From: Azolla caroliniana
Taxonomy: Eukaryota; Plantae; Polypodiophyta
Reading direction: 5' to 3'
Length of the DNA stretch: 64,000 nt
NCBI GenBank assembly: GCA_043228905.1
Contig: JBHGNT010000005.1
Span: 1-64,000, forward strand
The notes below the pieces were generated by a model. The model worked only from the letters and a program-made list of their open reading frames with translations. It was not told the origin of the DNA and searched no databases. This document shows, one piece after another, positions 63,775 to 64,000 of this stretch; the first letter of the stretch is position 1, and each line of letters begins with the position of its first letter. The position numbers and the translations under genes were made by a program.

Positions 63775-64000
63775 GTTTGTATTAAGAAACCACTGTTCTA
63801 TATTTTTGTATATGTGCTGGACGGGTCCTTTAGTATCCACCATGAGCATGTAATTCATCTATTCACTTAGAAAAACTAAATTATTGCCATATTTTTGATG
63901 ATCATGCATTTTTTTCTTTATTGATTGACATGCAACAAATTAAGATCTTATTCGAAGTAGTAAGATTTTATCTGAAGTGAGACATGTGTTCTGTGATTTG

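Larger units (their letters stand above)
56487..64000 (+). repeat. Recent tandem segmental duplication of about 3680-10510 (continues beyond the window)
   Basis: Near-identical colinear sequence starts at ATTTTTGTGAGAAATAGAAAATATGC (3680 and 56487) and includes introns and intergenic DNA, with scattered SNPs and indels. Confidence 0.97.

Overview
Eukaryotic land-plant genomic DNA, inferred from GT-AG spliceosomal genes and plant copia, gypsy and L1 elements. A non-seed plant such as a fern is suspected from the element types but cannot be proven here. From left to right the window holds: a decayed copia 3' end; a 5-exon Tim17/22/23-family gene of the TIMMDC1-like type (2749-5221); a complete 25-exon exocyst SEC6 gene (7203-21571) with TE fragments in its introns; a ~30 kb TE block; and two paralogues of an unusual gene. 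In the TE block an old L1 LINE carries a chromoviral gypsy fragment and copia A (27300-43420, TSD ATGTC). Copia A itself contains two young relatives, intact B (28495-34209, TSD GATAG) and inverted C (35390-40876, TSD ATAAT). A separate copia D follows (45561-51233, TSD CTAAG). The unusual gene encodes a truncated NYN-nuclease N-terminus fused to an OHA domain and an OST-HTH/LOTUS domain (intact copy 55073-56274, pseudogene about 51837-52852). From 56487 to the window end there is a recent tandem segmental duplication of about 3680-10510, which creates orphan TIMMDC1-like exons and a second SEC6 copy. The best candidate for undescribed biology is the nuclease-stub OHA-LOTUS gene pair, whose LOTUS exon has diverged quickly. 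All alignments and identity estimates were made by eye.
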